27,779 nucleotides of DNA. Source: Ignavibacteria bacterium. Its GTDB lineage: Bacteria; Elusimicrobiota; Endomicrobiia; PHAN01. Positions 24,537-27,779 of this stretch are shown here, piece by piece (the first letter of the stretch is position 1; each line of letters starts with the position of its first letter). The notes below the pieces were generated by a model, which ran no database searches, was not told the origin of the DNA, and was given only the letters and a program-made list of their open reading frames with translations. A program made the translations under genes and the position numbers. The DNA lies in contig JBGFRZ010000069.1 in the NCBI GenBank assembly GCA_041694835.1, forward strand, positions 1 to 27,779. The letters run 5' to 3'.

Positions 24537-26648
24537 ATGGAAGGTAAGGTTATATCGATTTATGAAGCCAGAGAGGGTATGGGTCAGTCGCTCCTGGCAA
24601 TTAATTTCGCGATATCTTTGTCCCAACAATTGGAAAGATTGATAGGCATCGCGGATATGAAGTTCAGTCAGAACAATGAGGTCGCTTCATTGCTGAATTT
24701 GGGCCAGGACAAATATCTGAATAATCTCTTGCCCTTTGCCGGGCAACTGGACGAGCGGATTGTAAAAGGTTATTTACTAAAGCACAGTTACGGCGTGGCT
24801 TTATTGCCGTCGGTTCCGTTGGATTTTAAATTGGAAAATATAAAGCCGACGTTCATATCGGAAGTGATTAAAGTAATAAACGATCTCTATCCCGTAACAA
24901 TTGCCGTCACGGAATCCGACGTAAATGAGAGGACGGTCGCCGCTTTCGATTCTTCGTCTTTGCTCTTTCTCGTTGTCTCTCCCTATCTTCTGTCCTTGAG
25001 ACAGGGAAAAAATTTTCTGGAGCGATTAAAGTCGTTGCACTTTCCCACGGGAATGCTCAAAGTCATCGTGAATATGTGCGACATCAAATCGGCGCTTTCC
25101 AAAAAAGTTATAGAAAGTTATATGGGGCAAGAAGTGTTTGCCGAGATACCATATGACCCGGACGGAATTGTGGTTTCCATAAATGAATCCGTCCCCGTAA
25201 TGATTTCGCAGCCGCAATCCAATTATTCGCGTGCCGTCAAATTGTTGGCCCAGTCGATATTGAAAGAGATAGAAAAATTCAATAAAGACAAAAGCGGAAT
25301 TTTTTCTACTGCGACTTCTCTATCGGAGAGAGAAAAAATAAAAGCGACTGCGGAAATAAGTGATGCCGGAACTTTAAGTCAGGCAAAAGAAGATATCCTT
25401 TCAAAACTTAAAGATAAGATAAAAAAACGGCTTATAGACGAATTTGATTTGAAGTCTCTCGACGCTTCACAGCCCGAATTGATGAGAAAGAAAGTGCAAG
25501 GCAAGATAGAAAACATATTGGCAGAAGAGGGCACCGAGGGTCTATCGCGGGATGAAAGAAGCGAATTAGTTATCGCTCTTATAGACGAGGTTTTAGGTCT
25601 GGGTCCTTTAGAAAATCTTCTCAGAGACGACACTATCTCGGAAATAATGGTTAATGGCACAAAAGACATCTTTGTCGAAAAATCGGGAAAAATTTATTCC
25701 TGCGAAGAAAAGTTTAATTCCAACGATGAAATCAGGGTTGTCATAGACAGAATTCTTGCTCCTATTGGCAGAAGGGTTGACGAAAGCACCCCTCTGGTTG
25801 ATGCAAGATTGTCGGACGGCTCAAGAGTGAATGTCATAATTCCACCTCTTTCTCTGATAGGCCCGACGATTACGATAAGAAAGTTCACGATGAAAAAGTT
25901 GGGCGTCAACGATCTTATAGAAATAGGCGCCGTCACCGGAGAAATGATCGAATTTATGAGGGCCTGCGTCCAGTTAAGAAAAAATATCGTAATATCTGGC
26001 GGCACGGGCTCGGGCAAGACTACATTGTTGAATATGTTGTCTTCGTTTCTTCCGCCCGACGAAAGAATTGTAACAATCGAAGACAGTGCGGAACTCCGTC
26101 TCCCGCAGAGGCACGTCATAACCCTCGAATCCCGTCCGGCCTCGATTGAAGGAACCGGGGAAATTTCGATAAGACGGCTTGTCATAAACTCTCTGCGTAT
26201 GAGACCCGACAGAATCGTCGTCGGCGAGTGCCGCGGCGGCGAAGCGCTGGATATGCTTCAGGCGATGAACACGGGACACGACGGCTCGCTTACAACGATA
26301 CACTCAAACACACCCAAGGATGCGATAAACCGGTTGGCCACGATGGTGGTTATGGCCGGCACGGAACTGCCTGAGCGCGCCATAAAAGAGCAGTTGGTCG
26401 GCGCTATAAACATTATAATTCAGACATCACGATTGTCCGACGGTTCAAGAAAAATAACACAGGTCTCTGAGATAATCGGACTGGACGGGACAGAGGTGTT
26501 AATGCAGGACTTATTTTTATTTAAACAACTCGGCGTAAAAGATGGAAAAGTCGAGGGAAAATTTGTTCCCACCGGCAAAAAACCCACTTTCATGGAAGAT
26601 ATAAAAACGCACGGCATAGAATTTGACGAAACGGTTTTCAGGATATGA
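24537..26648 (+). CDS. cpaF: Fusion of a CpaE/TadZ (MinD/ParA-like) domain and a full-length CpaF/TadA ATPase
   Basis: N-terminal GKVISIYEAREGMGQSLLAINFAISL...IPYD...SINESVP (CpaE-like); C-terminal GLGPLENLL, GGTGSGKT, IEDSAE, IVVGE, GHDGSLTTIH. Confidence 0.92.
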   Translation: MEGKVISIYEAREGMGQSLLAINFAISLSQQLERLIGIADMKFSQNNEVASLLNLGQDKYLNNLLPFAGQLDERIVKGYLLKHSYGVALLPSVPLDFKLENIKPTFISEVIKVINDLYPVTIAVTESDVNERTVAAFDSSSLLFLVVSPYLLSLRQGKNFLERLKSLHFPTGMLKVIVNMCDIKSALSKKVIESYMGQEVFAEIPYDPDGIVVSINESVPVMISQPQSNYSRAVKLLAQSILKEIEKFNKDKSGIFSTATSLSEREKIKATAEISDAGTLSQAKEDILSKLKDKIKKRLIDEFDLKSLDASQPELMRKKVQGKIENILAEEGTEGLSRDERSELVIALIDEVLGLGPLENLLRDDTISEIMVNGTKDIFVEKSGKIYSCEEKFNSNDEIRVVIDRILAPIGRRVDESTPLVDARLSDGSRVNVIIPPLSLIGPTITIRKFTMKKLGVNDLIEIGAVTGEMIEFMRACVQLRKNIVISGGTGSGKTTLLNMLSSFLPPDERIVTIEDSAELRLPQRHVITLESRPASIEGTGEISIRRLVINSLRMRPDRIVVGECRGGEALDMLQAMNTGHDGSLTTIHSNTPKDAINRLATMVVMAGTELPERAIKEQLVGAINIIIQTSRLSDGSRKITQVSEIIGLDGTEVLMQDLFLFKQLGVKDGKVEGKFVPTGKKPTFMEDIKTHGIEFDETVFRI

Positions 26649-27556
26649 CATATATCATCGCGTTCTTGATAGTTTTACTGTTGAGCTTTGCTTCGTATTT
26701 GTTGGTGTTTAAAAAAACAGCGGCGGCGCTTTCTAAAATAATCGATGCCAAAGGGTCGGCTAAAAAAGAGGACAAAACGGTCAAGTCGGACGAGCGTCGG
26801 GAAAAAGAGTTTTCGCTTGAAAGTTTGGCTCAGGAAATCGTCGATGAGCCGAAGGCGGCAAAAGTCAAGAGAATAAAATTAATATCGGCGTTCTTGTGTT
26901 TTTCCGTGACACTTTTAATACTGGGGATCCAGGGCGGGTGGGTATTTGCACTCTACTTGCTGATTATGGGCTATAAGTTTCCTGTCATGATGGCGACACA
27001 AATGGTTAACAAAAAAAGAAGTTTGTTCGAGGAGCAAATGATTGATTCTCTTGGCATTCTCGCCAATTCCATGCGCACGGGCTCAAGTTTGCTTCAGGCG
27101 ATAGAAATTGCGAGCAAAGAAGTGCAGCCGCCCTTAAAAGATGTTTTTGGAGAGATATTGAGCCAGGTCCAGTTGGGAAAAGCCATCGATAAAGTTCTTT
27201 GGGACATAAACAAAAGATACAAAAGTAAAGATTTTCATGTTGCGACTTTGTCCATAACCGTCTCAAGAGAGTTTGGAGGCAATCTCGGCGAGAATCTTGC
27301 ACGTCTTTCTTCTACCATGCGCGAACGTCGTCGGATTCAGGGCAAGATAAAAGCGCTTACTTCGCAGGCAAGGGCGTCGGGGATGGTCGCGGCGGCGATC
27401 CCGTTTTTTGTTTTGTTTGTGTTGCGTGTAATGGAACCTGGAATGTATGGTTTTGTTTTTGAGCACATAGTGGGTAATTTACTTTTGGTTATCGTAATAG
27501 GTTTGGTAAGCGTCGGCCATACGTTCATGAAAAAATTGGCTGTCATTGATATATAA
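26645..27556 (+). CDS. tadB: TadB (type II secretion F family) inner-membrane platform protein
   Basis: FEEQMIDSLGILANSMRTGSSLLQAI, GGNLGENL, MRERRRIQGKIKALTSQARASG. Confidence 0.92.
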   Translation: MTYIIAFLIVLLLSFASYLLVFKKTAAALSKIIDAKGSAKKEDKTVKSDERREKEFSLESLAQEIVDEPKAAKVKRIKLISAFLCFSVTLLILGIQGGWVFALYLLIMGYKFPVMMATQMVNKKRSLFEEQMIDSLGILANSMRTGSSLLQAIEIASKEVQPPLKDVFGEILSQVQLGKAIDKVLWDINKRYKSKDFHVATLSITVSREFGGNLGENLARLSSTMRERRRIQGKIKALTSQARASGMVAAAIPFFVLFVLRVMEPGMYGFVFEHIVGNLLLVIVIGLVSVGHTFMKKLAVIDI

Positions 27557-27559
27557 ATT

Positions 27560-27643
27560 TTGAGTTTAGAGAACTTAGTTTAGAGTTTAGAGACACTACC
27601 AGACATCTTTATACTCTCAACTCTAAACTCTACACTCTAAACT
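27560..27643. repeat. Inverted pair of heptamer arrays
   Basis: (AGTTTAG)n followed by (CTCTAAA/CTCTCAA/CTCTACA)n, the reverse-complement units. Confidence 0.75.
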
Positions 27644-27683
27644 CCGTCACTACTTAGGGCTTACTGAAAAAAGCAAGAGTTCA

Positions 27684-27712
27684 TTGAAATGTAGACGGAA
27701 AAATAGTATAAT
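27684..27712 (+). promoter_or_regulatory. sigma70-type promoter for a gene beyond the window
   Basis: TTGAAA-17 bp-TATAAT. Confidence 0.65.
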
Positions 27713-27779
27713 AGGACATTGAAACCAAGTTAAAACTGCAAGGGAAAAAGGGGAAAGTACTAAAAACCCTTGCAGTTTT

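Overview
Bacterial (diderm) chromosomal window dominated by a dispersed Tad/Flp (type IVc) pilus locus mixed with two-component and c-di-GMP signalling genes. In order: the 3' end of a gene with a peptidase-S74-type chaperone domain; two minus-strand toxin-antitoxin pairs (PIN/antitoxin, hicBA) behind near-identical ~90-bp promoter/RBS leaders; a histidine kinase, a coiled-coil protein, a response regulator, a minimal secretin, a lipoprotein, a FlgD-Ig/CTD protein and a PorV-like barrel; a 278-bp MITE; two tandem short CpaF/TadA ATPases; a second kinase, a regulator and two GGDEF proteins; an AAA+ ATPase, a CHASE2 protein and a zf-HC2 protein; Flp/TadE/TadG pilins (including a 58-aa flp missing from the ORF track), cpaB, a CpaE-CpaF fusion and tadB. 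The most unusual points are: (1) three CpaF motors in one Tad region, two of them N-terminally truncated tandem paralogs with different motif substitutions (PilT/PilU-like layout); (2) strand-biased mosaics of degenerate 7-10-bp repeats in most long spacers, often as inverted pairs, which also occur in frame inside a kinase loop and a signal peptide; (3) a 70-bp palindromic element inserted in frame into two prepilin leader peptides. All calls come from reading motifs by eye; no database searches or folding programs were run.
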